Source: Candidatus Woesearchaeota archaeon (lineage in GTDB: Archaea; Nanobdellota; Nanobdellia; SCGC-AAA011-G17; JACPIM01). Taken from it: DNA of 64,000 bases. Under the pieces are notes generated by a model. That model was not told the origin of the DNA. It ran no database searches and saw only the letters and a list, made by a program, of their open reading frames with translations. A program made the position numbers and the translations under genes. Numbering within the stretch: position 1 is the stretch's first letter; each line of letters opens with the position of its first letter. Of this stretch, positions 37,094 through 45,479 are shown piece by piece. The stretch lies in the NCBI GenBank assembly GCA_964513145.1, contig CAZELK010000001.1:32001-96000 (forward strand), given 5' to 3'.

Positions 37094-37885
37094 TTATAAA
37101 TGCCCCGCATCTTGATGCGATTGGTGTGGTTTACTTTCTGGTTTTACTTCTTTTGTTTTTTTGGCACGAGTCTTTTTTGGCTTTTCTTCTTTTACCAATT
37201 CTTTAAGTTCTTCAACTGCCTTTGTATCCTCGATTTTTATTTCTTCTGCAGTTTTTTCAGATTCTTTTTTTAAAACAAGCTCTGCATTTTTATCTACTAT
37301 ATATACTCTATCAGGCAATGTTATATCTGGGGTCATTATACTAACTTTAATTCCGACAGTTCCGGATTTTAGGTTTGCTGTTGCTATCGCCCTTTTAATC
37401 TGATTAGCTGAAATATCCCCTGATTTTTTTAAATGGCCAGCTTTAAATCTCCAGCTTCTTGCCCTGGCACTAGGGACTTTTCCTGAAATTACTATTTCTG
37501 CTCCTGATGCGCCATGATCAAGAATGTCCTGCAATGTTTTGTATCCAATTGACTTGAATCTTTTAGAACCAAACTTTACCAATGTAGCTGATATTTTGTC
37601 AGCGACATAATAAGCGTCTAACATAGGGCTTTCTATTTCCCCAATTTCAATCTGGGGATTTTCCATTTTGAATCTTTTCTTCAATACATTTGTAAGTTTT
37701 TTTATGTTCTCTCCTTTTCTACCAACTACAAGACCAGGACGAGCTGTAAAAATTATTACTTTTTCTCCAAGGGGTGTTCTCTGTATTTCTATGTGGGAGA
37801 ATCCAGTTCCAACTAATTGAGATTTTATATGTTCTTGAACTTGAAATTCTTTTATTTTCTGGCTAACAAATTGTCTTTCTATCAT
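37094..37885 (-). CDS. rps3: 30S ribosomal protein S3 (last ~13 codons derived from the IS right end)
   Basis: MIERQFV, RTPLG..V.I.TARPG.VVGR.G, G.EI.ISGK, G..GIKV.I; the tail SKPHQSHQDAGHL is encoded by the IS hairpin. Confidence 0.96.
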   Translation of the reverse strand: MIERQFVSQKIKEFQVQEHIKSQLVGTGFSHIEIQRTPLGEKVIIFTARPGLVVGRKGENIKKLTNVLKKRFKMENPQIEIGEIESPMLDAYYVADKISATLVKFGSKRFKSIGYKTLQDILDHGASGAEIVISGKVPSARARSWRFKAGHLKKSGDISANQIKRAIATANLKSGTVGIKVSIMTPDITLPDRVYIVDKNAELVLKKESEKTAEEIKIEDTKAVEELKELVKEEKPKKTRAKKTKEVKPESKPHQSHQDAGHL

Positions 37886-38295
37886 TTTTCCTGCTCTGCC
37901 AATATAATAACATGACTCCTTTTCATTCTTCTTCCCCTATGTCTTGAATAATGCCAAGAGATTGGGGCCCTGTTTGCAAATGCATTTTGTATTATTAATT
38001 TTTCAACATTGAACCCTTTATTTTTTGCATTTCCTTCTAATGTGTTTAGCAAATTAAGGAAGTGCTTTGATGCTTTTTTAGGATAAAAACCTGGACCCAA
38101 ATGTCCTTTTTTGTGACCTCTTTTATGCTTAAATCTTTTTAAAGGTACGACAAATTTTTCATCCAGGACCATGTTTAATTTTGCTTTTATCTTCGAAATA
38201 TTTTTTCCTTTTATGAAGCTGCATAATTCTATTGCATGCTTTGTTGAGATAGGCAAATCAAATCCAGAAACCTTGACTAAGTCTTTTTCTTCCAT
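37882..38295 (-). CDS. rpl22: 50S ribosomal protein L22
   Basis: L.IS.K.A.E.C..IKG, VP.KR.....GH..G...G.YP.KA, N...NA..KG, SHV.I. Confidence 0.93.
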   Translation of the reverse strand: MEEKDLVKVSGFDLPISTKHAIELCSFIKGKNISKIKAKLNMVLDEKFVVPLKRFKHKRGHKKGHLGPGFYPKKASKHFLNLLNTLEGNAKNKGFNVEKLIIQNAFANRAPISWHYSRHRGRRMKRSHVIILAEQEK

Positions 38296-38296
38296 T

Positions 38297-38695
38297 TTAC
38301 TTCTTGCTTACTGCTCCTGCGCTTGATTTTGTTGCACCAATACCTGGTGCTGAATGCTGTACTTTTCTTCTTGTAAGAGCAAATTCACCAAGGCAGTGCC
38401 CTAATGTTTCTACTGTTATAGGGACTGGGACAAATTCCTTTCCATTATAAACATGAATTATTAATCCCAAAAATTCAGGAAGCACAGGCATATCCCGACA
38501 GTGAGTTTTGACGATCTTTTTATATGTACCATCTTTGAATTTTTTAACTTTATTTAAGAATTTTTTTTCCTGATCTGTGAATCCTCTTTTTAATTGTCTT
38601 CTTTGTCTTGAATTTGCAATTAACATAAAATCATTTACACTCATATTTTTGAAATCTTTTTCAGTTTTTCCCTTATACATTAACTCTTTAGCCAT
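38297..38695 (-). CDS. rps19: 30S ribosomal protein S19
   Basis: R.RR.L.RG, VKTH.RDM.VLP, YNGK.F, GH.LGEF..TR..V.H..PG.GAT.SS. Confidence 0.95.
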   Translation of the reverse strand: MAKELMYKGKTEKDFKNMSVNDFMLIANSRQRRQLKRGFTDQEKKFLNKVKKFKDGTYKKIVKTHCRDMPVLPEFLGLIIHVYNGKEFVPVPITVETLGHCLGEFALTRRKVQHSAPGIGATKSSAGAVSKK

Positions 38696-39412
38696 TTACT
38701 TTCTTCCTGTTCTTCTTGCTGCAACTTTACCAACCTTTCTTCCAGGCGGTGTGCCCCTTCCAACAACTTTTATTTTTGAGTGATGCCTTCCACGACCAGA
38801 ACCATAGGGATGATTTAATGCGTTCATAGCTACACCAGATGTTCTTGGATATAATTTATTTCTGGCTCTCATGTAATGCATTCTCTTACCAGCTTTAACA
38901 AATGGCTTGTCTTTTCTGCCATGACCAGCAACTATGCCTATTGTTGCCCTGCATTCTGGCAAAAATTTTCTTTGTTTTTTAGAAGGCAATTCTATTAATA
39001 CAGATTCTGCTGTTGAGCTTAAAATTTTAGCAAAAGTTCCTGCTGCCCTACAATATTTTCCACCATCACCTGGGAAACTTTCTAAATTATAAATCAATGT
39101 TCCTTCTGGAATTGATTTTAAAGGCAAAGTATTTCCTGTGTTTAAAGATGAGTTTAAACCACTTTCAACTTGGTCATTTACCCTTATGTTTGCAGGAGCA
39201 ATTAAAAATAATTCTTCATTATTATCATACAAAACTTTTACTAATGGTGCTGTGTGCCCAGGGCATTTTATTATATCAATTATTTTCCCCCTGACTAAAG
39301 ACTCATTTTTATCATATTTTTTATATTTTACATCAGCTTTATACTTGTGTGAACTAGATCTATATACTGGCGAACCAGTTCCACGCCTTCTTTGAATTAT
39401 TCTCTTTCCCAT
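38696..39412 (-). CDS. rpl2: 50S ribosomal protein L2
   Basis: MGKRIIQRRRG.GSP, PG.GGK..R.AG, G.GR.DKPF.KAG, GVAMN...HP.G.G, PPGRKVG. Confidence 0.96.
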   Translation of the reverse strand: MGKRIIQRRRGTGSPVYRSSSHKYKADVKYKKYDKNESLVRGKIIDIIKCPGHTAPLVKVLYDNNEELFLIAPANIRVNDQVESGLNSSLNTGNTLPLKSIPEGTLIYNLESFPGDGGKYCRAAGTFAKILSSTAESVLIELPSKKQRKFLPECRATIGIVAGHGRKDKPFVKAGKRMHYMRARNKLYPRTSGVAMNALNHPYGSGRGRHHSKIKVVGRGTPPGRKVGKVAARRTGRK

Positions 39413-39413
39413 T

Positions 39414-39671
39414 TTACATTAAACCTAATCTTGTTGCCATATCCATGGCATTGAAATCCTTTGTTAATTTTATAAATGCTTTTTTTCCTTCAACACCAAT
39501 TAAAGTGTTTACCTTGCTTACTTTTACTTTGAACATTTCTTCAACAGCTTTTTTTATTTCCGGTTTTTTTGCTTTTCTATCAACTATAAAAACTATTTTA
39601 TTTTCCTGTTCCATTATCTTTAAACATTTTTCAGTTGATACAGGATATTTTAAAATTTCAGTTTGTTCCAT
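39414..39671 (-). CDS. rpl23: 50S ribosomal protein L23
   Basis: I..P..TEK....ME.EN..VF.V...A.K..IK.AVE..F.VKV..VNT, A.D.ATRLG. Confidence 0.95.
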   Translation of the reverse strand: MEQTEILKYPVSTEKCLKIMEQENKIVFIVDRKAKKPEIKKAVEEMFKVKVSKVNTLIGVEGKKAFIKLTKDFNAMDMATRLGLM

Positions 39672-39672
39672 T

Positions 39673-40584
39673 TTACTTCTTTATCTTTTTCCCTGCTGTT
39701 TTTTTAACATTTTCTTTAATAATTTGAACTTCTTTTTTAGGTACTTTAATTTCGACTTTATTTTCTTTTGAAATTTTTTTATCCAAGAATAATTTTTTAT
39801 CTTCAAGCATATTTATAGCATCTTTTGCAAAAAAAGTTAATCTTCCTGGCATTCCTCCAGGAGCCAATAATTCAACATTTATGTTATTTACAAGTATACA
39901 ATCAAAACCTTTAATTGATTTTAGAATTTTCACAACATGGCTGTTTTTTCCCAATACAAATAACGGGCCTTTTTTATTTTGGTATTTTCTACCTCTTTTG
40001 CTTCCCTGACCTGCCCTTACTTTTTTAGTTTGCAATCTTTCTAATTCTTTTTCCAAGCCAACTTTGGTTAATAATTTTATTAATTCACTAGTTTTATTTA
40101 AATTATAAATATCATTGTCTAAAATCAAAGGAAGTTCTTTGAATTCATAGCCTCTTTCCTTAACGAATTTTTCACTTGCTACTGCAGCCAATGCAGACCT
40201 TATTGCTTTTCTATTTTCTTTGATATTTATTTTTTCTTTATGAATCTTAGATCCTTTAGGCGGATTAGCACGTCGACCTTTATACATTCCAGGAGCAAAT
40301 GCCCCGATCCAACCCATTTGACGACCTCTTTTCCATATTGTTTTTCTTGGCACTCTTGACATTGCTTTACCATAAGAAGTTTTGTAGTCTCTTCTTCTTC
40401 TGGATAATTTTGCAGATACTCTTTCACCTGCATGGGGAAATGAACCATAACTTTGTCTTTTATTTGCCCTAATTGCCAAAAATGCCCTTTCAATCAGATC
40501 TGTTCGAATATTTTCATTGAACTGAATAGGCAAGTCAATGTTTCCTGTTTTATTTCCCTGTGTATTGTATATATTAGCTTTCAT
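39673..40584 (-). CDS. rpl4: 50S ribosomal protein L4
   Basis: LP.QF.E..R.DLI.RA, GR.A.PP, KIN.KE.R.A..SA.AA, LAPGG..GRLT. Confidence 0.94.
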   Translation of the reverse strand: MKANIYNTQGNKTGNIDLPIQFNENIRTDLIERAFLAIRANKRQSYGSFPHAGERVSAKLSRRRRDYKTSYGKAMSRVPRKTIWKRGRQMGWIGAFAPGMYKGRRANPPKGSKIHKEKINIKENRKAIRSALAAVASEKFVKERGYEFKELPLILDNDIYNLNKTSELIKLLTKVGLEKELERLQTKKVRAGQGSKRGRKYQNKKGPLFVLGKNSHVVKILKSIKGFDCILVNNINVELLAPGGMPGRLTFFAKDAINMLEDKKLFLDKKISKENKVEIKVPKKEVQIIKENVKKTAGKKIKK

Positions 40585-41536
40585 TGTTTATGTTTAAATT
40601 TAATATTTCAAATTGTTCTGTTCTTTTTGGAGCTCTTACAGGCTCAGTTAATATTATTGCTCGTTTATTTGTACCTGGCAATGAACCTTTAATAAAAATA
40701 TAATTATGCTTTATTGTTCCATATTTGTGAAAACCGCTTTTTGGATTTATGTTCTTTACATCGTCATTTATTTTTAACAATAATTTGTTATATTCTGTTC
40801 TTTGGTGGTAACCCATTTTTCCAGTATTTGGAACTGAGTATCTTACTTTATGCGGGTTCCATGGACCCATAGTACCTATGCCACGAACTTTCTTTTTGGA
40901 TTTATGCCTTAATCTTTTAACTCCAAATCTCTTTATTGTACCCTGGAATCCTTTTCCCTTTGTTACTCCGTGAATATCAATCATTTGATTGTTTTTGAAG
41001 ACATCATTTATTTTTATTTCTTTATCCAAAATATTTTTCAAAAATTCCAGTTTTTCATTTAAACTTTTTCCACCAACACCAATTTCGATAATTTCTGGTT
41101 TTTTTCTTTCTACTTTTGTCAATCTTGGCTTTGTGTAAACAACGAGCCTTACATCATCAAATTCTTTTGGTATTTCATTATTTTTTTTACTAAAACTTGT
41201 TCTTCTTCTAACATCTTTGTCTATATTTTTTGAAAAAACTTCAGAAACAATTTTTAAACCGTCAAAATTTTGTTTGTAAAATCGTAAAGAAAGAGGCTTT
41301 AAAGGGGGACATTCAATAATTGTAATTGGGATTGAAATATTTTGCCCTTTTGTGATTGAAAATTGTGTATTGTCTTTGACTATTGCATGAGTCATGCCTA
41401 CTTTATACCCTATAAAACCCAAGAGTTTTGATTCTTCTCTTTTGACCCAGTTTCTTATCCTAGCATAAGGTCTTTTAGATCTCTTTCTAGGCCAAACCTG
41501 CAGGCTTCCTCTTCTTGGATGACTCCACTTTGACAT
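40574..41536 (-). CDS. rpl3: 50S ribosomal protein L3
   Basis: PRRGSL...PRKR, GYK.GMTH, TKGKG.QG..KR.G, G.MGYH.RTE.NK. Confidence 0.96.
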   Translation of the reverse strand: MSKWSHPRRGSLQVWPRKRSKRPYARIRNWVKREESKLLGFIGYKVGMTHAIVKDNTQFSITKGQNISIPITIIECPPLKPLSLRFYKQNFDGLKIVSEVFSKNIDKDVRRRTSFSKKNNEIPKEFDDVRLVVYTKPRLTKVERKKPEIIEIGVGGKSLNEKLEFLKNILDKEIKINDVFKNNQMIDIHGVTKGKGFQGTIKRFGVKRLRHKSKKKVRGIGTMGPWNPHKVRYSVPNTGKMGYHQRTEYNKLLLKINDDVKNINPKSGFHKYGTIKHNYIFIKGSLPGTNKRAIILTEPVRAPKRTEQFEILNLNINNES

Positions 41537-41672
41537 TTTAGTTTTTTACCTAATTATTTATATATCTACCTCTAGAATCAGTGGCCTAATATATACAGTA
41601 AAGGGTGAATTTTAAGAAAAATTACGCGTATATAAAGGTTTTTATATTCAAGTCTATATACTAAATATAAAA

Positions 41673-42824
41673 ATGAGGTATGATTTTGTAGTTTTAGGAG
41701 CTACTGGAATTCAGGGCAGAATAGTTACACGTGATTTGATAGAAAACGGGTATTCTGTTTTAATGTGCGGAAGAGATAAGTCCAGAATAGAATCTATTTT
41801 AAATAAATATGAAAAAACTTCATTTCAATATGTTGATATAAGGGATTTTAGCAATGCTGTAAATGTAATTAAAAGAGCAAAAGCAAATGTTGTTGTAAAC
41901 TGCATGGAGGGAGATTTTAATTTAACTGCTTTGAAAGCTTCGATGAAAGCAAAGGCAAACTGTTTGGATCTGGGATCAGAAATATGGATGACTAAAGAAC
42001 AATTTAAATTACATTCTTTATTACAAAACAGAGATCTTGTTTCTATAACTGGGTGCGGGTCTGTACCTGGGGTTGGGAATGTAATGCTTAAACATGCTGC
42101 AGAGAAATTAGACAAGATAGATACAATAAATGTTGGATTTAGCTGGGATTCAAATATTAAAAAATTTGTAGTTCCCTTTTCAATAAAAAGCATAATTGAG
42201 GAATTTACTGATCCAGCACCTATAATCGAAAATAAGAAATTTATTAATAAAACACCTTTAGATTCTGTTATTGTTGACCATCATAGAGAAATAGGAAAGC
42301 AAAAAGAGTTTTTTGTAAGACACCCAGAAACTTACACTTTTTATAAATACTTTAAAAGCAAGGGAGTAAAAAATGTTAAATTTTATGCTGGATTTCCACA
42401 GCATTCATTTGACATAATACTGGCTATGATAGATTTAGGCCTAGCTAGCAAAGAAGAAATTTTATTCAATGGCTCAAAAATAATTCCTGTAGATTTTTTA
42501 ACTGAACTTCTGAAAAAAATTGAAATTCCCAAAGGATATACAGAAGAAGAAAATTTATGGGTTAAAATTACAGGAAGCAGAAATAGTGAAAAGAAAACAA
42601 TTTCAATGGAATGCATTGTTCCAACACTAGACGGGTGGCGTGATGCTGGGTGCAATATTGATACTGGAATGCCTGCAAGTATCATGGCTCAAATGGTAAA
42701 AAATGATATTATTAAAGAAAAAGGAAGCTATGCCCCAGAAGCTATTGTTCCAACAGAGTCTTTTTTTAAGGAACTGAGAAATAGAAAAATGGTTGTGTAT
42801 GAGAATGGAAAAGTTATAAATTAA
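41673..42824 (+). CDS. Saccharopine dehydrogenase-like NAD(P)-dependent oxidoreductase
   Basis: N-terminal VVLGATGIQG Rossmann motif, GCGSVPG..N, HPE..T; belongs to the saccharopine/carboxynorspermidine/lysine dehydrogenase family. Confidence 0.8.
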   Translation: MRYDFVVLGATGIQGRIVTRDLIENGYSVLMCGRDKSRIESILNKYEKTSFQYVDIRDFSNAVNVIKRAKANVVVNCMEGDFNLTALKASMKAKANCLDLGSEIWMTKEQFKLHSLLQNRDLVSITGCGSVPGVGNVMLKHAAEKLDKIDTINVGFSWDSNIKKFVVPFSIKSIIEEFTDPAPIIENKKFINKTPLDSVIVDHHREIGKQKEFFVRHPETYTFYKYFKSKGVKNVKFYAGFPQHSFDIILAMIDLGLASKEEILFNGSKIIPVDFLTELLKKIEIPKGYTEEENLWVKITGSRNSEKKTISMECIVPTLDGWRDAGCNIDTGMPASIMAQMVKNDIIKEKGSYAPEAIVPTESFFKELRNRKMVVYENGKVIN

Positions 42825-42895
42825 TGCTTTTTTAACTATACATGATTTCTACAAAATAATAAACTTTAATAATATCTTATGAAGACCATGTTAAA

Positions 42896-43894
42896 ATGAA
42901 AAAAATTCTTATAACTGGGGGAGCTGGATTTATAGGACATCATTTTGTAAATCATTTATTAATTAGTACTGACTGGGATATTATTGTTCTTGACAAATTA
43001 AATTATGCCAGCGGGGGTTTGGACAGACTAAGAGACATAAATGTTTTTGATGGCAACAGGGTTTTTATATTCACCACGGATTTTACCAAACAAATAGAAC
43101 CTGGAATAGTGAAAGAACTAAGAGACATTGATTATATTGCCCATCTTGGTGCTGAGACGCATGTGGACAATAGCATAATTAACCCAGAACCTTTTGTAAT
43201 GTCAAATGTTATTGGCACTATGAGAATTTTAGATTTAGCAAGAAAATTACCAAATGTCAAAAAGATAAATTATTTTTCAACTGATGAAGTTTTTGGACCT
43301 GCACCAGAAGGCACTAACTATAAGGAGTGGGACAGGTATAATTCAACAAACCCTTATTCAGCAACCAAGGCTGGAGGTGAAGAATTAGCTTTAGCTTATG
43401 CAAATACATATGGATTACCTATTTTCATTACTCATACGATGAATGTATTTGGAGAAAGACAACATCCTGAGAAATTTGTTCCAATGGCAATTAATAAAAT
43501 ATTAAATAATGAGAAAATCTTAATTCATTCTGATCCAACTAAAATAAAAGCAGGAAGCAGATTTTGGATACATGCCAGAAATGTTGCTTCTGCTATAATG
43601 TTTTTACTTGAAAAAGCAAAGAATAGGGATAAGTATAATATTGTCGGTGAAAAAGAAATCAACAACTTAGAACTTGCACAATTTATTGCAAATACTTTAG
43701 GAAAAAAATTAAATTATGAAATGGTAGATTTTCATTCAAGCAGACCAGGTCATGATTTAAGGTATGCTTTGGATGGAACAAAATTAAAAGAACTTGGCTG
43801 GAATATTCCCATGGCTGTTGAACAATCATTAACCAAAACAATTAACTGGAGTATTAACAACCCCAGATGGTTAGAGATTAAAACTTATGAATAA
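42896..43894 (+). CDS. rfbB: dTDP-glucose 4,6-dehydratase
   Basis: ITGGAGFIG, D.L.YA, H.GAETHVD.SI, STDEV.G, PYSATKA, RPGHD.RYALD. Confidence 0.9.
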   Translation: MKKILITGGAGFIGHHFVNHLLISTDWDIIVLDKLNYASGGLDRLRDINVFDGNRVFIFTTDFTKQIEPGIVKELRDIDYIAHLGAETHVDNSIINPEPFVMSNVIGTMRILDLARKLPNVKKINYFSTDEVFGPAPEGTNYKEWDRYNSTNPYSATKAGGEELALAYANTYGLPIFITHTMNVFGERQHPEKFVPMAINKILNNEKILIHSDPTKIKAGSRFWIHARNVASAIMFLLEKAKNRDKYNIVGEKEINNLELAQFIANTLGKKLNYEMVDFHSSRPGHDLRYALDGTKLKELGWNIPMAVEQSLTKTINWSINNPRWLEIKTYE

Positions 43895-43896
43895 TT

Positions 43897-45285
43897 TTAT
43901 GACAAACCTTCTAATTTAATCCCATATAATTGATTGTCTTTATAACTTCTATATTTATTGTAAACTGATTTGTAAAAGTTTTTAACATATTTATTGTTTG
44001 GCATTTTAATTATTAATTTTAATAAACCTGATTTTAATAAGAATGGATGTGATGCAGCTACTGCAAACCATTTTTGCAAGTGTTCTATTTCTTTTTTATT
44101 TTCTAATTTAACTATTGTTGTTTCAAAGAATTTTGGTCCTATATCTTTATAGTCTCCTTCCAATAAACCCCTGTTTGCTGCATAATCTGTCAACGGCAAA
44201 CTTGGATATGGCTGGAAAATAGAACACCAAGCATATAATGGCTTGCATTCAATATTCATTTTTAATGTTTCCAAGTCTGTTTCCAGACTACTTTCAGGCA
44301 AACCCAGAATATTTTGGAGCATTATTTTTATTCCATTTTGATTTAATAAACGAGCTGCTCTGTAAACTGTTTCTTTATCCATCTCTCTTTTAATAATTAC
44401 GTTTCTTATATAATCATCAGCAGCTTCCAATGCCATATGCACAGAGTAGCAACCAGCTTCTTTTAACAACCTAGCAGAAGTTTCATCAACTAAATTAGGA
44501 CGAACATGACAATGAAATGGGAGATTAATTTCTTTTTTATATTTCTCAGCAAAGTTTTTTAACCATGGCTTATTCATAATAAAAATATCATCCTGAAAAT
44601 AAACTACTTTTCCGCCGTATTTTTTTATTACTTCTTTGATTTCAGCAATTAAATTATCCACTGATCTCCATCTAACCCACCTTCCCTTTCCACCATATAT
44701 CTTATCTATAGCTGAATTGAAACAATATGAGCATTTATAGGCGCAGCCTCTGCAAGCAATGAAATGTCTTATTGGTTCATCTCTCCATAATTTATGCTCA
44801 TATGCAACTTCTCTGTCTGGAAAAGGCAATGTGTCAATATTCTCATTTAAGTTTCTTATTTCATTTTTGTAAATTTTTCCATCTTTTTTTACCCAGAGAT
44901 TTTTTATTTTTGTAATTGGCTTATTCTTTTCCAAATTGTTAGCTAACTCTGCTATTGCTTCTTCACATTCTCCTTGTGCTATTATATCACAGCCTTCTTC
45001 TTCAATTACTTGTGGATGGAATGTTGGATGCGATCCACCCATTAAAGATAAGAACTTGAATTTACTTTTTAATTCATTTATAATTTTTAGAAATTCTGTC
45101 TGACCACCTGTCATTACAGAACCAGCTATTACGTCTGGACCAAATGCTGCAACAGCCTGATTTAAATCATCTTCACCAATTACTGCTATTTTCGTTTTAT
45201 GGTTATATTTTTTAAGAATACTACTAATGTATAGAATACCCAAAGGTTCTACAGGATGTTTCCAAGCTAAGAATAAAAATTTCAT
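43897..45285 (-). CDS. Cobalamin-binding radical SAM protein
   Basis: EPLGI.YI..., MGGSHPTF.P, GECE, RGC.Y.C.YC, F.DD.F motifs. Confidence 0.9.
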   Translation of the reverse strand: MKFLFLAWKHPVEPLGILYISSILKKYNHKTKIAVIGEDDLNQAVAAFGPDVIAGSVMTGGQTEFLKIINELKSKFKFLSLMGGSHPTFHPQVIEEEGCDIIAQGECEEAIAELANNLEKNKPITKIKNLWVKKDGKIYKNEIRNLNENIDTLPFPDREVAYEHKLWRDEPIRHFIACRGCAYKCSYCFNSAIDKIYGGKGRWVRWRSVDNLIAEIKEVIKKYGGKVVYFQDDIFIMNKPWLKNFAEKYKKEINLPFHCHVRPNLVDETSARLLKEAGCYSVHMALEAADDYIRNVIIKREMDKETVYRAARLLNQNGIKIMLQNILGLPESSLETDLETLKMNIECKPLYAWCSIFQPYPSLPLTDYAANRGLLEGDYKDIGPKFFETTIVKLENKKEIEHLQKWFAVAASHPFLLKSGLLKLIIKMPNNKYVKNFYKSVYNKYRSYKDNQLYGIKLEGLS

Positions 45286-45479
45286 TTTGACTCTAAACTA
45301 TAGTTAATTACTATTTCGCTTATAAATATTTCTGTGATTACACTTTTTGATTTTTTTTCATGTACCAGATTATTCGCTTTATGAAGACTTTCGTGAGTTT
45401 CGGTATAAGTCCACCATCCGCTTATTTCTGTTACTTTCATTAGACATTGATTTATTTTTTTATTATTACATTTAACCAC
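45282..45479 (-). CDS. Short uncertain ORF bridging the GT9-GT2 and radical SAM genes
   Basis: 65 aa; overlaps the upstream gene and ends in an ATGA overlap with the radical SAM start; no motif. Confidence 0.25.
   Translation of the reverse strand: MVKCNNKKINQCLMKVTEISGWWTYTETHESLHKANNLVHEKKSKSVITEIFISEIVINYSLESK

Larger units (their letters stand above)
35896..37134 (+). mobile_element. IS200/IS605-family non-autonomous element (tnpB only, IS1341-like), 1239 bp
   Basis: Left hairpin CCCCATCAGCTTGCTGTGGGG (35907-35927) is preceded by the guide GATA, which predicts cleavage site TCAT (35892-35895, present). Right hairpin CCCCGCATCTTGATGCG is preceded by the guide AATG, which predicts TTAC (37131-37134, present). 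No tnpA; no target-site duplication. Confidence 0.85.

Noticed and set aside
35896-37134. IStron (group I intron-TnpB chimera) or self-splicing rescue of the operon
   Set aside because: Only ~80 nt lie between the left end and tnpB, there is no group I core, and the element is antisense to the host transcript.
26282-40692. Alternative-frame and antisense ORFs within secY and ribosomal protein genes (e.g. 26486..26824, 34397..34750, 39445..39771, 40227..40493)
   Set aside because: Contained in well-supported genes, short, and without coupling to neighbours or motifs.
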